Shown here piece by piece: positions 32,766 through 43,845 of a stretch of 64,000 bases of DNA (position 1 is its first letter; every line of letters starts with the position of its first letter). The notes under the pieces are model-generated. The model did no database searches, had not been told where the DNA came from, and saw only the letters and a list, made by a program, of their open reading frames with translations. The position numbers and the translations under genes are program-made. Source of the stretch: Gammaproteobacteria bacterium (GTDB taxonomy: Bacteria > Pseudomonadota > Gammaproteobacteria > GCA-2400775); NCBI GenBank assembly GCA_013151045.1, contig JAADIY010000038.1:311-64310 (forward strand), in the 5' to 3' direction.

Positions 32766-33710
32766 TTAGTTCACTTTATTCCAGTCATCATCGACAATAA
32801 AATAACGTTGCTTTTCTTGCCATAACACACCTTTATTCATCTCGGCTATTTGAATTGGCATGAAAACCAAGTTCTCTTTTTTGCTAGAAAAATAATTCAG
32901 AAAAAAAGATTTTAGCTCTCTAGCCGTTAGTAGCCTGTCTTTATCGCTAAGTAAAAATGGCGAACACCACTCTCTTCTTTCTAGCACTACCCAACTGCTG
33001 TTTTCGTCTTCACTCAACAATAGCAACAATTCATCTTCTCTTAGCCGTATACCCCTACTATGACTCGACTCAGAATCTATTGGGCTTTGCATACCCAGAA
33101 CAGAAGCCGGATAAAACAGCATACCTTTTAACGCAAGCTCTGAGCTAACACCCTCCACTCCAAGCTCATGCAATGACTCACACCCTTCTTCGGTTGTTGA
33201 TAGCCGCATTTGCCTATCAATCAACGTTGTATATTTTATATCTAGCCGGTCACCGCGCGCCGGGCCTATCCAAGAGCTGAGCTTAAACGGCTGGCTTTCT
33301 GCATCACAACCCTGCACACCGATATAAAACTTTATCGCCGTTTCGAGATGGATATGAATTTGACGTCGGCGGCAGTAATAGACGAAATCGTACTCGCCGA
33401 TCGTCTGTTTATTTTTTCTAACTTGTCTATTCTTTGCCAACAAGTCGGCTACGCCGGCGTAGCGTAAATAGTATTCCCATAGCGCCTCATAATAGATGCC
33501 GAGCCGTGTACTTTTCAGCGATGAGATGTGGTCAAGCAAGGTATTTGGGTTTTTATCTAAATCTAAAAACCATTGTTCCAAATGAGAAAAATGAATATTC
33601 ACCTCATTAAAGCTGGCAACATTACATCCGGATGCCATTAAATCTTTGCCAAAACAGGCGCAGTATAAATCTCGTACAGCATGCTGCGTTAGCTGCTGCA
33701 ACAGCGACAT
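32766..33710 (-). CDS. conserved hypothetical protein, DUF1853-like with putative PD-(D/E)xK motif
   Basis: 314 aa; start ATG overlaps ppx stop (operonic); segment EYDFVYY...IHIHLETAIKFY resembles D...E.K nuclease core. Confidence 0.6.
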   Translation of the reverse strand: MSLLQQLTQHAVRDLYCACFGKDLMASGCNVASFNEVNIHFSHLEQWFLDLDKNPNTLLDHISSLKSTRLGIYYEALWEYYLRYAGVADLLAKNRQVRKNKQTIGEYDFVYYCRRRQIHIHLETAIKFYIGVQGCDAESQPFKLSSWIGPARGDRLDIKYTTLIDRQMRLSTTEEGCESLHELGVEGVSSELALKGMLFYPASVLGMQSPIDSESSHSRGIRLREDELLLLLSEDENSSWVVLERREWCSPFLLSDKDRLLTARELKSFFLNYFSSKKENLVFMPIQIAEMNKGVLWQEKQRYFIVDDDWNKVN

Positions 33711-35233
33711 TAGCCTACCGTAATACTTTGCTGGTCTGCATCAGACTCACTAGACAGCAATGACAATTTAAATTGAATGTCCTGACTAATCCAATAATGA
33801 CTTTCTGCTTCTAACTCTTCGCTCGTCAGCGGATGATTTGCCAGCCATTCCTCGTCTATTTTCACAACAAATTTCTTTTTACTTATTTTGAATCGAAGCT
33901 GAGGCAGCTCTTCATCTTTTCTTGCGCGACAAAATAAACATGCCAAACGAAAGGCCAGCACCAACAGCCAATCTGCGGTGAAATGATAGCTTTCAGCTAC
34001 CGCTCGTATCCGTCGGCGCTGATTTAGTACAATAAAACTGATTTGTTTTTGTTCTAGCTTCGAAAAGCCCAGCATATCCCCATTTAAAATAATGTAAGCA
34101 CTGTGTTTTTGAAAACCACTATGAGAAATTGTTAACCCTATTTCATGCAAACTAGCGGCCCAGGATATTAGTCTCTGAGCGGGCTTTATTTTCGTAGTGA
34201 GATCATTTTTTAGCAGTTTCAATAGTGATATGGCGTGCGCTTCTACGCAACTCGATTGCAACTCATCGGCACGGTAGTTGACCATCATATTTGACACTGT
34301 AATATCACGCGCATCAGATCGCCGCACGCGGCCCACCAAATCGTGGATAATCCCTTCTTTCATTGCGTAGCTTGATACTTGCATACGCTCAATAGTTAAT
34401 TCTAAAAATATCGCATGCAGTATGACCACGCCACCCATAATAACAGGCCGACGATTTTCTTTTAATCCTACAAGCTCAATAGCATCACTATGACCAAACT
34501 TAATTAATTTTTTCGCTAGCTTGTCTAAGCTATGCAAAGTGATATCGTGCTCATCTGGCCAATGATGATTAACTATTTCACCAACGCTACGGATAGTACC
34601 TGACGAACCTACTGCCTCACCCCAGCTCTCCTTAGAAAACTGATCAGCGTGTGCCCACAACTCTCTACGTGCAGCGCGCAGCGCCTTGTCATATCGCTCT
34701 TGATTTATCTCTCCATCTTTAAAAAATCGACAGTTATACGACACGCAACCCATATAGAGGCTTTCTAGTTTTTTCGGTGCAATACCTTTACCGATAATTA
34801 GCTCTGTTGAACCACCACCGATATCTACAACTAGACGCTTCTCTTCACTAGGCGCTAAATCTTGTGTTACGCCTAAATAAATTAAGCGTGCCTCTTCGAT
34901 ACCGCTGATGATATTAATAGGCACACCGAGAATTGATTCAGCTTTTTCTAGAAAAGCATCACCATCTCGCATCGTGCGCATGGTATTCGTACCGACAACA
35001 CGTACCGACTCGACATCGATACCATTAATAATTTCCGCAAAACGATGTAAGGCAGCAAAAGCTCGCTCAGCAACTTTTTCGCTTAATTTGTTATTTGAAT
35101 CTAAACCTTCGGCCAGACGCACCATTTCCTTGTGGCGGTCGAGGTATCGAATTTTATCGCTATCTATTCTTGCTATAAGTAAATGAAAGCTATTAGAACC
35201 CAAATCTAATGCGGCGACACGTCCATCACTCAT
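33710..35233 (-). CDS. ppx: exopolyphosphatase / guanosine pentaphosphate phosphohydrolase
   Basis: 507 aa Ppx/GppA (ASKHA fold: AALDLGSNSFHL, DIGGGSTE). Confidence 0.93.
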   Translation of the reverse strand: MSDGRVAALDLGSNSFHLLIARIDSDKIRYLDRHKEMVRLAEGLDSNNKLSEKVAERAFAALHRFAEIINGIDVESVRVVGTNTMRTMRDGDAFLEKAESILGVPINIISGIEEARLIYLGVTQDLAPSEEKRLVVDIGGGSTELIIGKGIAPKKLESLYMGCVSYNCRFFKDGEINQERYDKALRAARRELWAHADQFSKESWGEAVGSSGTIRSVGEIVNHHWPDEHDITLHSLDKLAKKLIKFGHSDAIELVGLKENRRPVIMGGVVILHAIFLELTIERMQVSSYAMKEGIIHDLVGRVRRSDARDITVSNMMVNYRADELQSSCVEAHAISLLKLLKNDLTTKIKPAQRLISWAASLHEIGLTISHSGFQKHSAYIILNGDMLGFSKLEQKQISFIVLNQRRRIRAVAESYHFTADWLLVLAFRLACLFCRARKDEELPQLRFKISKKKFVVKIDEEWLANHPLTSEELEAESHYWISQDIQFKLSLLSSESDADQQSITVG

Positions 35234-35270
35234 TGTTCTATTACACCAATTACGTTCTCATCCCTGCGCA

Positions 35271-37454
35271 CTATATCAAGGCCGTTTGACGCTGGTCTAA
35301 TAAAGTTTTTAGCGCCTGTTGCCCACGCCCAGATTCTGCTGCTGTGATATATTCATGAATCGCAATTTGCGAATCCACTTTACGACGATTACCTCTCGGC
35401 ACATAGGCATTGCTATGCGCCTCATCTATCATTCGAGCACGACAATTATCATTCGACTGCAATCGCAAAATATCGATGATTCGTCGTTTTATTTGCTCAT
35501 CATAAATCGGTAAGCTCACTTCAACGCGATGATCGATATTTCTTGTCATCATGTCTGCTGAACTAATATAGACACTTGGGTTATCATCATTGGCAAATAC
35601 ATAGACACGCGAATGCTCAAGAAAACGACCAACGATACTAATCGCTTCAATATTTTCACTAACACCTGGAACATTCGGCACTAATGAGCAGATAGAGCGA
35701 GCGATAATCTTTACTTTTACCCCAATGCGGCTTGCCTCATATAACTTATCTACCAACTCTCCATCAGAAAGATTATTAACTTTGATGAATATCCATGCTG
35801 TCTTCCCCGAGCGAGCATTGACCATCTCATCATCAATTTTCTTTCTTAATTGATCACGAAAATTAATTGGCGAAACCAGTAAATGTTCGAAGTTAAATCG
35901 ACGATAACTGTTCGCTGAAAACTCAAAGACTTTTTCAACTTCCCGTGTAATTTCTGGCTTGGCGGTAAAGACTGCAAAATCGGTATAAACACGCGCCGTT
36001 TTTTCATGAAAGTTACCGGTGCCAACTACGGCATAATTAACTTCAGTGCCTTCTTCCACGCGCTTAATCAGACAAATCTTAGAATGAAATTTAAGCCCTT
36101 GAATACCAAAAGAGACCTTTACACCTGACTCGGTTAAACGCTGCGCCCAACCAATATTAGCTTTCTCATCAAAGCGCGCTTGTAACTCAACAATTACATG
36201 CACTGCCTTACCATTTTGCGCAGCATTAATCAGTGAATTCATCACTCGCGACTCACTTGCCACGCGATAAACAGACATTCTAATTTCAGTTACACGTGAA
36301 TCAAGTGCTGCCTCACGCAAAAAATTAGTGAAATAGGCAAAACTTTGGTAAGGATAATGCAAAAACACATCATTTTTTTTCACCGCATCAAATGTTGTTA
36401 TCTCTGCATCAATTGCTGAACACGCTATAGCTGGCAATGGTTTGTGTTCCAAATAGGCTGGGCCTAAATTTGGAAAACTCATAAAATCTTTAAAATTATG
36501 ATATTTTTCACCAGGGGTAACACTATCGTAATCTGACAAGTTAAGTTGCTTCATAAAGAAGGCAACCATCGCTTTTGGCATACCACGCTCATACATCAAC
36601 CGCGTTGGTTGCGCCGCATGACGCCCTTTTAAACTAAAAGACATTTTATCGAGCAAACTTTGCGTGATCCCATCACCAATAGTCAACTCTGCATCGCGCG
36701 TGAGCTTAATGGTATAAGCACTGATCGATTGGAAATCAATCAGCCCTGTAAAAATTTCATCAAGCCCAATACGCAAGACATCATCAAGCATGATAAGACG
36801 CTTAATACGTTTTGATCGCTTGCTAGGAATTTGAATAAAGCGCGGTATTTTATCCGTTGGCACTTCGAGCACAGCATAAGGCTTATTACGCGGATTTTTA
36901 TTGTTGTAATCAATTTTCAGTGCTAAATAAACGAGCTCCTCTGACAGGGTCGGAAGACGACTCCCTTCATCCAGCATGATCGGCGCCAACACTGGCAATA
37001 TCGATTCTCTAAAATATTTTCGCAGATAACGGCGCTGACCATCACTTAAATCTTCTTCAGTTAAAAAATAGATATGGTTTTTCTTTAACTCATTAAAGAG
37101 ATCGTTGTATGTCCGGTTGTAATTTTCTTGTAAGGTTGCAATCTGTCGCTGCAACTTTCTAAGCAGCTTAGCCGCGACCGATTGCGTGGCATTTTGCGCA
37201 TCCTCTAATAGAATACGTCGCCGCACGTCTGCGACGCGAACGCGGAAAAATTCGTCAAGGTTATTTGAAACAATACCAAGTAACCGTATACGCTCAATGA
37301 TGGGCACGCTGTGGTCACGCGTTTCTTGCAATACACGCTCATTGAAATAGAGCCAGCTTACTTCTTTATCGACAAAATATTTTGCGGTAAGGCTCTGGGC
37401 ACCACCAGCAACGTCGCTATTCATCTCTTCGGCCATTTGTGTCATTGAATCCAA
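35271..37454 (-). CDS. ppk: polyphosphate kinase 1
   Basis: 727-aa ORF, PPK1 similarity over full length (two PLD-like HKD regions); true start probably a few codons downstream (M7 or M11). Confidence 0.93.
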   Translation of the reverse strand: MDSMTQMAEEMNSDVAGGAQSLTAKYFVDKEVSWLYFNERVLQETRDHSVPIIERIRLLGIVSNNLDEFFRVRVADVRRRILLEDAQNATQSVAAKLLRKLQRQIATLQENYNRTYNDLFNELKKNHIYFLTEEDLSDGQRRYLRKYFRESILPVLAPIMLDEGSRLPTLSEELVYLALKIDYNNKNPRNKPYAVLEVPTDKIPRFIQIPSKRSKRIKRLIMLDDVLRIGLDEIFTGLIDFQSISAYTIKLTRDAELTIGDGITQSLLDKMSFSLKGRHAAQPTRLMYERGMPKAMVAFFMKQLNLSDYDSVTPGEKYHNFKDFMSFPNLGPAYLEHKPLPAIACSAIDAEITTFDAVKKNDVFLHYPYQSFAYFTNFLREAALDSRVTEIRMSVYRVASESRVMNSLINAAQNGKAVHVIVELQARFDEKANIGWAQRLTESGVKVSFGIQGLKFHSKICLIKRVEEGTEVNYAVVGTGNFHEKTARVYTDFAVFTAKPEITREVEKVFEFSANSYRRFNFEHLLVSPINFRDQLRKKIDDEMVNARSGKTAWIFIKVNNLSDGELVDKLYEASRIGVKVKIIARSICSLVPNVPGVSENIEAISIVGRFLEHSRVYVFANDDNPSVYISSADMMTRNIDHRVEVSLPIYDEQIKRRIIDILRLQSNDNCRARMIDEAHSNAYVPRGNRRKVDSQIAIHEYITAAESGRGQQALKTLLDQRQTALI

Positions 37455-37565
37455 CGTAATATAAAACCACCAATTACAACAGGTTTTTATGACAAAAATA
37501 AAACCCTTGCTGATATCAAGTTTAGCATGGACGGCTACGCCGTATAGATGCTCTTAATCATGCTA

Positions 37566-38042
37566 CTATCTTTGCGGCGCGGCACTAAAAAACGTGCTGC
37601 CTGAACGCGAATCAATTTGATGCCACTGGTCACAGTCAAACTGAATAGTGATAACTTCACAGGTTGATAACTCGTCGATATTCTGTGCTACCAACGCACG
37701 AACCATGTCAGATAGCCCTGGATTGTGGCCCACTAACATGATCTTATCGTGGCGATCATCAAGGCCCCAGACGACATCGAGTAAAGTATCGCTATTTGCT
37801 TCATAAATACATTTGTCCGTAGCAAAATCAGCAGTCTTTATACCCAATGTCTCAGCAAACTGCTTAGCCGTTGTCAGTGCCCGTAAAGCTGGGCTCGATA
37901 CAATATATTGCGGCACAATGCTTTTCTCTAACAGGTGTTGCGCCATAACTAAACTATCGCTAACACCGCGCTCATTAAGCGGTCGCTGAAAATCGGCCAA
38001 ACCAGAACCGCCCCATCCAGCCTTAGCATGCCTCACTACCAT
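37566..38042 (-). CDS. sixA: phosphohistidine phosphatase SixA
   Basis: ORF to 38114 but homology starts at MVVRHAKAGWG (RHG/RHA phosphoglycerate-mutase-like motif); ~158 aa. Confidence 0.8.
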   Translation of the reverse strand: MVVRHAKAGWGGSGLADFQRPLNERGVSDSLVMAQHLLEKSIVPQYIVSSPALRALTTAKQFAETLGIKTADFATDKCIYEANSDTLLDVVWGLDDRHDKIMLVGHNPGLSDMVRALVAQNIDELSTCEVITIQFDCDQWHQIDSRSGSTFFSAAPQR

Positions 38043-38070
38043 TAATTGTTTCACTATAATCCTTCGACTA

Positions 38071-38673
38071 TCAAACTGCAGCCATCGTAGTTTGTATATA
38101 AGCGCTAATACCATCCAGCAGCATTTGTATTGATATCATAATTAACAACATCCCCATCAATTTTTCGATTGCGCGTAAACCACGCTTACCTAAAACTCGC
38201 ATAAGCGGTTCTGTGCCAACCAATATCAATGCCGCTGCAACCCAAGCCATACTCAAGGCACCAAACCATGACCACATTTGCTCTGGGTAGCGACTGCCCA
38301 ATAATAGCAAAGCTGCAATCGCTGATGGGCCTGCGACAAAGGGCACCGCCAGCGGGACAATAAACGGATCATTATCGTTGTCATCAACCAACTGACCATG
38401 CTGGGTAGGAAACACCATGCGTATGGCAATTAAGAATAAGACCACGCCACCAGCAATACTTAAGGAAGAGTTTTCTAGACCTAGAACACCGAGAATATGC
38501 TCTCCGGCGAACAAGAATACACATAAGATAATATAGGCAAAAAGAAGCTCACGAACCACTACAAAACGGCGGCGTTCTACAGGCAGTTTATCGGTCACCA
38601 CTTGATAAAGCGGAATATTGCCAAGTGGGTCCATAATCATAAACAACAATATTGTTGCTGATATGAAATCCAT
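38071..38673 (-). CDS. MarC family (UPF0056) integral membrane protein
   Basis: 200 aa, 6 predicted TM segments, MarC-like N-terminus (MDFISATILLFMIMDPLGNIPL). Confidence 0.8.
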   Translation of the reverse strand: MDFISATILLFMIMDPLGNIPLYQVVTDKLPVERRRFVVVRELLFAYIILCVFLFAGEHILGVLGLENSSLSIAGGVVLFLIAIRMVFPTQHGQLVDDNDNDPFIVPLAVPFVAGPSAIAALLLLGSRYPEQMWSWFGALSMAWVAAALILVGTEPLMRVLGKRGLRAIEKLMGMLLIMISIQMLLDGISAYIQTTMAAV

Positions 38674-38757
38674 CTCACACTCCTAAAAGTAGAACAGGAC
38701 CCTATAATTTAATTAAGTCCTATCAATACCACTGTATCGTCACTAATTCGGCTATCT

Positions 38758-40047
38758 CTATAGATTGCCACGCATATCACGCAGAGAAAAACCCATTAAA
38801 TCGGTATAGCAATTACGGCCCAACGCAATCACTTTAAACGTCTCACCCATTTCACCTGGCATAGTCAGGCGCCGCACCTGCTGCGCCAACTCAATACGCT
38901 CAATGTCACTCACTTCTTCCATATCAACCATATCTGCCAAACCACAGGACATTAAAAAATAAGCCTGACTGGTATACCCCAGCACTTCTAATTGATTATC
39001 GACTGCCATTTCAGCAACAGCGGTAAAATCAACATGCGCGGTAATATCTTGCAAACCAGGGTAAATAAACGGGTCATCATGGGCGTGATGACGATAATGA
39101 CAGCGTAAACTACCGTGCACTCGCTGTGGATGATAATACTCAGCGCGCGCGCTGCCATAATCGATTAATAGCACTAGCGCATGCTCTAAGCACTGCGCCA
39201 AGCTAACCAACCATGCGTCCATCGTTAAACATAATTCAGCCGTATAAGCGCTATCAAACTCCGTTAATAACGGAGCAATACGCTGATTTAAATTGCTTAT
39301 CGCGGCGGTATCACCAGACAGCTCGACGTAGTGCAGCTGGCCATTATCATGTGAGACACCTAGCTCCCTAAACCCACCTTCTTGGTTTACCAAACGATTG
39401 ACCGGTAGCGCATCGAGCAATTCATTCGCTACGATGATTCCTGAAAACGGTGTTGACGGCAACGCGTCGAGCCATTCAATTTGCGCAAAGTATTCAGGCA
39501 CACTGTCTTGCAATAAAGCTTGCTGGCGTTGACGTAAATCTGCGCTACTTTCTAGTATGAAATAACGCTGAGGCAAGCTATCTAAGGCGGACAATTCACA
39601 TAAAATATCGCGCGCCAATTTACCCGACCCTGCGCCAACCTCAAGAATAGCGACATCACCCTCTATTTCTGGCATCGCTTGCCGACATTGCCTGGCGATA
39701 CAACGACCGAATAAGGGAGAAATTTCTGGTGCGGTAACAAAATCACCTGCTGAACCAAACTTATTAGAACCAGCGGTATAATAGCCAAGGCCAGGAGCAT
39801 AGAGCGCATGTTGCATATAACGCGCAAAATCGATGACTCCACCCTGCTCATTAATATCTGACTTGATATATTCAACCAAAGCCTGGCTATGCAAAATAGC
39901 CTCAGCACTTGGCTTTGGCCAGTCACTGGGGATTGATCCTGAATTATTACCCGGCGGGTTATTATCTAATGACATACTGCTATTGTAATAGGCATTAACG
40001 TAATCAGCAAAACGATCATAACAATCAAAACTTTTAGGAAGCACCAT
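38758..40047 (-). CDS. class I SAM-dependent methyltransferase, DUF185/MidA (NDUFAF7-like) family
   Basis: 429 aa; motif EVGAGSGKLARDIL and MidA-like architecture. Confidence 0.8.
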   Translation of the reverse strand: MVLPKSFDCYDRFADYVNAYYNSSMSLDNNPPGNNSGSIPSDWPKPSAEAILHSQALVEYIKSDINEQGGVIDFARYMQHALYAPGLGYYTAGSNKFGSAGDFVTAPEISPLFGRCIARQCRQAMPEIEGDVAILEVGAGSGKLARDILCELSALDSLPQRYFILESSADLRQRQQALLQDSVPEYFAQIEWLDALPSTPFSGIIVANELLDALPVNRLVNQEGGFRELGVSHDNGQLHYVELSGDTAAISNLNQRIAPLLTEFDSAYTAELCLTMDAWLVSLAQCLEHALVLLIDYGSARAEYYHPQRVHGSLRCHYRHHAHDDPFIYPGLQDITAHVDFTAVAEMAVDNQLEVLGYTSQAYFLMSCGLADMVDMEEVSDIERIELAQQVRRLTMPGEMGETFKVIALGRNCYTDLMGFSLRDMRGNL

Positions 40048-40777
40048 GCAAGAACATAAAGTCGCACTAGTTACTGGCGGCGCACAACGCGTCGGCGCTA
40101 CGCTATGCCGACACCTCCATGCCGCGGGCTACAATGTCCTTATCCACTATCGCCAATCAGCAGAAGCGGCTTCTAAACTCGCCAAAGAACTTAATACAAT
40201 TCGACCAGGGTCTGCTCACGGTATTCCTGCCGATTTACTGAAAATTAAAGATATTGATCGACTCATAAAAGCGGCATTGCAACCATGGCAACGACTAGAC
40301 CTAGTCGTTAACAATGCTTCTAGCTTTTACCCCACCAAAGTCGGCGAAACCAAAGAAGATGAATGGAACGACCTCATCGGCAGTAACATGAAAGCGCCTT
40401 TCTTTATCGCCCAATATGCCGCAAAGGAATTAGCAAAACAACAAGGCTGTATTATTAATATCGTTGATATCCATGCTGAAAAACCGCTACAAGAGCATAG
40501 TGTTTACTGCGCGGCTAAAGCGGGCTTAGCTATGCTAACGCGTTCATTAGCCGTAGAATTAGCACCCAATATACGTGTCAACGGCATTGCACCCGGCGCC
40601 ATTCTTTGGCCAGCCAATGAACCTAGCGAAGAAAACAAACAAAAGATCATTAGCGAGATACCATTGCAACGGCTTGGCGAACCTATCGATATTGCTAAAA
40701 CCGTATTGTTTTTAGCGCGCGATACCCGCTACATTACCGGACAAATTATTGCGGTCGATGGTGGTCGCTCGCTATAA
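40046..40777 (+). CDS. short-chain dehydrogenase/reductase, pteridine reductase (FolM-like)
   Basis: 243 aa; TGGAQRVG Rossmann motif, YxxxK (YCAAK); adjacent to folB-folK. Confidence 0.8.
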   Translation: MQEHKVALVTGGAQRVGATLCRHLHAAGYNVLIHYRQSAEAASKLAKELNTIRPGSAHGIPADLLKIKDIDRLIKAALQPWQRLDLVVNNASSFYPTKVGETKEDEWNDLIGSNMKAPFFIAQYAAKELAKQQGCIINIVDIHAEKPLQEHSVYCAAKAGLAMLTRSLAVELAPNIRVNGIAPGAILWPANEPSEENKQKIISEIPLQRLGEPIDIAKTVLFLARDTRYITGQIIAVDGGRSL

Positions 40778-40789
40778 ATAGCGTGCTAT

Positions 40790-41284
40790 TTATAGCGGCC
40801 ACTGAAGCGGCACTACGTCTTGCTTCACTTGTTCAGGATCAAACTTCGCCCACATCTCAGTATAAGTTTTACCCAACTCAGGGTGGATATGATCAGGAGC
40901 GATATCGGCTAGCGGTTGCAGGACAAAAGCGTATTGTTCAATGTCTTCACGCGGAATACGAATACGACCATCCGTTAGCACTAGGTCATCATAAAGAATT
41001 AAATCTAAATCTAAGGTACGAGAACTAAACTTAACACCATCGCGCACGCGCTGACGTTTATCTTCAATAGCTCGCAGTATTTTTGCAACCTCATACACAG
41101 ATTCTTCAGTATCAAAGCTAAGCACTAAATTATAAAAATTATCACCATCAAAACCAAACGCAACACTCTCATAAACCGGCGAGCACTCTAAGTCACCGAA
41201 CCGTTCAGCCAGGTCATCTAAAGCAGAGAGAATGTTTTTCTCTCGATCTACATTGCTGCCAACACTGAGATACACTTGTGCCAT
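40790..41284 (-). CDS. folK: 2-amino-4-hydroxy-6-hydroxymethyldihydropteridine pyrophosphokinase
   Basis: 164 aa HPPK (YLSVGSNV...GPRTLDLDLIL). Confidence 0.92.
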   Translation of the reverse strand: MAQVYLSVGSNVDREKNILSALDDLAERFGDLECSPVYESVAFGFDGDNFYNLVLSFDTEESVYEVAKILRAIEDKRQRVRDGVKFSSRTLDLDLILYDDLVLTDGRIRIPREDIEQYAFVLQPLADIAPDHIHPELGKTYTEMWAKFDPEQVKQDVVPLQWPL

Positions 41285-41643
41285 CAGATTTTAGTGCCGC
41301 GCTCAATCAAAACACCGACATCACGCGCGCCTCTAATTGCGCCGCGTTTATTAATCTTAACTTTCACCCAAGGCACGTCAAATTCATCGCGAATAATACC
41401 TGCGATACGCTCAGCCAAGGTTTCAACCAACTGAAATTCGCTATCACCTACGTATTGAATAAGACGCTTAGCCACCGCCTTATAATTTAAGGTGTCATCA
41501 ATTTGGTCTGACTCTGCCGCTCGCGCAATATCTGCTCCCATCTCAAGATTAATGACAACTTCTTGCTTAATCTTGCGTTCCCAGTCCCAAATACCAATTA
41601 CAGTTTCAATTTTAAGTTCGCTGAGATAAATAATATCCATCAA
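41284..41643 (-). CDS. folB: dihydroneopterin aldolase
   Basis: 119 aa; FolB motifs (GIWDWER, ...DTLNYKAV); 1-nt overlap with folK. Confidence 0.9.
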   Translation of the reverse strand: MMDIIYLSELKIETVIGIWDWERKIKQEVVINLEMGADIARAAESDQIDDTLNYKAVAKRLIQYVGDSEFQLVETLAERIAGIIRDEFDVPWVKVKINKRGAIRGARDVGVLIERGTKI

Positions 41644-41732
41644 TCACTACCAATCTTCATATAAAGTTTGTGGCACTATAGCGGCTTAACAATTTCGTAA
41701 CCAGTCAGAGTTCAACTAAAATACCATAGCTA

Positions 41733-42326
41733 ATGATGATACCTATCGCACTTTGCCTGCTGGCTTATTTCTTTGGCTCACTGTCCAGCGCCATTATTCT
41801 TTGTCGCCTGTCTGGTCTGCCAGACCCTAGAACACAAGGCTCTGGCAATCCTGGCGCCACCAACGTATTACGCTTTGGCGGTAGAGGCCTCGCTGCGCAA
41901 GTATTACTTGGCGACATGCTAAAAGGCCTTATACCTGTACTTTTTGCCGCTTGGATTGACGGCACCACCAGTGTTTTGGCAGCGGTCGCGCTCTGCGCAT
42001 TTTTAGGCCATCTCTACCCAATATTTTTCAATTTCAAAGGCGGAAAAGGCGTTGCCACCAGCCTAGGTGTCATACTCGGTTTAATGTGGCCTGTTGGCCT
42101 AGCCCTAATAGCAACTTGGATCACTGTTGCCGTGACCAGCCGAATCTCATCACTAGGTGCTCTTGTTGCCGCGATAGCAGCGCCCTTTTACACCTGGTAT
42201 TTATCCGAACACAATCAGTACATTATACTCACTGCCATCATCTCGATATTATTGATTTGGCGTCATCGCGCCAATATACAAAAACTATTTAATGGCACAG
42301 AAAGAAAAGTGGGTTCTTCATCTTAA
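41733..42326 (+). CDS. plsY: glycerol-3-phosphate acyltransferase PlsY
   Basis: 197 aa membrane protein; GSGNPGATN motif. Confidence 0.92.
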   Translation: MMIPIALCLLAYFFGSLSSAIILCRLSGLPDPRTQGSGNPGATNVLRFGGRGLAAQVLLGDMLKGLIPVLFAAWIDGTTSVLAAVALCAFLGHLYPIFFNFKGGKGVATSLGVILGLMWPVGLALIATWITVAVTSRISSLGALVAAIAAPFYTWYLSEHNQYIILTAIISILLIWRHRANIQKLFNGTERKVGSSS

Positions 42327-42367
42327 CTTGCTGCGCCAAACGCCAAACAAATCAACTTACTCAACGA

Positions 42368-43381
42368 CTAAGCAACACTCAATTCGCTTAGCGGCCAACG
42401 TGGCCGCACATCAGTGCCGTTACTGGCATTTGGATTCAATTCAAAACGTCGAAAACCAGCATAAGCAATCATGGCACCATTGTCGGTACAAAATTCATTT
42501 CGCGGAAAATACACCTCTACCGATGATTGCTGGGAATAATCCGCAAACCGTTGGCGCAAGGAATGATTGGCGCTGACACCACCAGCGATAACAAGCTGCT
42601 TAAGTTGTGTCGCGTCTAAAGCTCGCCGACATTTAATCAACAAGGTATCTACCACTGCATCTTCAAAGGCACGCGCCACATCGCGTTTATCCTGGTCATT
42701 ACCGTCAGTCTTTCTAAATGTCGTTAAGGAATGAGTTTTTAAGCCGCTGAAGCTAAAATCACAACCAGGCCGGTTAGTCATCGGCCGTGGAAAACGAAAA
42801 CGATCAGGGTTACCATCAACAGCCAACTTGGCTAAAGCAGGACCACCAGGGTAATCAAGGCCTAACATTTTTGCCGTCTTATCAAAGGCTTCACCAGCAG
42901 CATCATCAACCGACTCACCCATTAATTCATATTCGCCGATCCCATCAACACGCACCAACTGCGTATGCCCACCCGACACCAATAAGGCAACAAAGGGGAA
43001 AGTAGGCGCTTGCTCTTCAAGCATTGGCGCTAATAAGTGCGCCTCCATATGATGAATTGGCAATGCCGGTATATCTAAAGCAAATGCCAAAGACCGCGCA
43101 AACGACGCTCCTACCAATAATGCACCAATTAAACCTGGGCCAGCGGTATAAGCAATCGCGCTTATATCAGCACGCTGTCGATTAGCAGCAGACAATACTT
43201 CATTAAATAAAGGTGTTATGCGCCGCACATGATCACGCGATGCTAATTCCGGAACAACGCCTCCGTGCTCCTGGTGTAGATCAATTTGGCTGTGTAAACA
43301 ATGCGCAAGCAAGCCTTGTTCGCTATCGTACAAGGCCAAACCCGTTTCGTCGCAGGATGTTTCTATTCCTAAAATCAACAT
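42368..43381 (-). CDS. tsaD: tRNA N6-adenosine threonylcarbamoyltransferase TsaD
   Basis: 337 aa Kae1/TsaD ([19 protein letters not shown]). Confidence 0.95.
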   Translation of the reverse strand: MLILGIETSCDETGLALYDSEQGLLAHCLHSQIDLHQEHGGVVPELASRDHVRRITPLFNEVLSAANRQRADISAIAYTAGPGLIGALLVGASFARSLAFALDIPALPIHHMEAHLLAPMLEEQAPTFPFVALLVSGGHTQLVRVDGIGEYELMGESVDDAAGEAFDKTAKMLGLDYPGGPALAKLAVDGNPDRFRFPRPMTNRPGCDFSFSGLKTHSLTTFRKTDGNDQDKRDVARAFEDAVVDTLLIKCRRALDATQLKQLVIAGGVSANHSLRQRFADYSQQSSVEVYFPRNEFCTDNGAMIAYAGFRRFELNPNASNGTDVRPRWPLSELSVA

Positions 43382-43385
43382 AACA

Positions 43386-43844
43386 TTAGCCGTGGCATTC
43401 GCTCACCGCCTTATCATCCGTATTACCTTGCAACCAACGACTCTGCTCACCGTGATGCTCTTGCTTCCAAAATGGCGCCTTATGCTTTAGATAATGAATG
43501 ATATAGCGACAAGCATCAAACGCTTGCGACCGATGTGTTGACCACACAGCAACTAATACCAAAGCATCTCCAGGCTCAACCTTGCCGTAACGATGCATGA
43601 TCAAATAATCATCCACCTGCCATTGCTTGGTAGCCGCATCACAAACTTTTTCTATTTCTTGCAAAGCCATTTCTGGATAACATTCAATCGTCATGGCATC
43701 GACAGGAAAATCTTCGTGCATATCACGCAGGCTGCCAACAAAAGTCACAGCCGCCCCAGACTCACCTGGCTTACGACATTGCTCTTCGTACTCTTGTAGA
43801 CGCTGGTACGGTAAAAACTCAAACTCTTGTAGCACAACAGGCAT
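43386..43844 (-). CDS. moaE: molybdopterin synthase catalytic subunit MoaE
   Basis: 152 aa MoaE family; follows moaD. Confidence 0.85.
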   Translation of the reverse strand: MPVVLQEFEFLPYQRLQEYEEQCRKPGESGAAVTFVGSLRDMHEDFPVDAMTIECYPEMALQEIEKVCDAATKQWQVDDYLIMHRYGKVEPGDALVLVAVWSTHRSQAFDACRYIIHYLKHKAPFWKQEHHGEQSRWLQGNTDDKAVSECHG

Positions 43845-43845
43845 T

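Noticed and set aside
40783-41028. 81-aa + strand ORF overlapping folK
   Set aside because: It lies antisense within a confidently identified folK and has no RBS or homology pattern.
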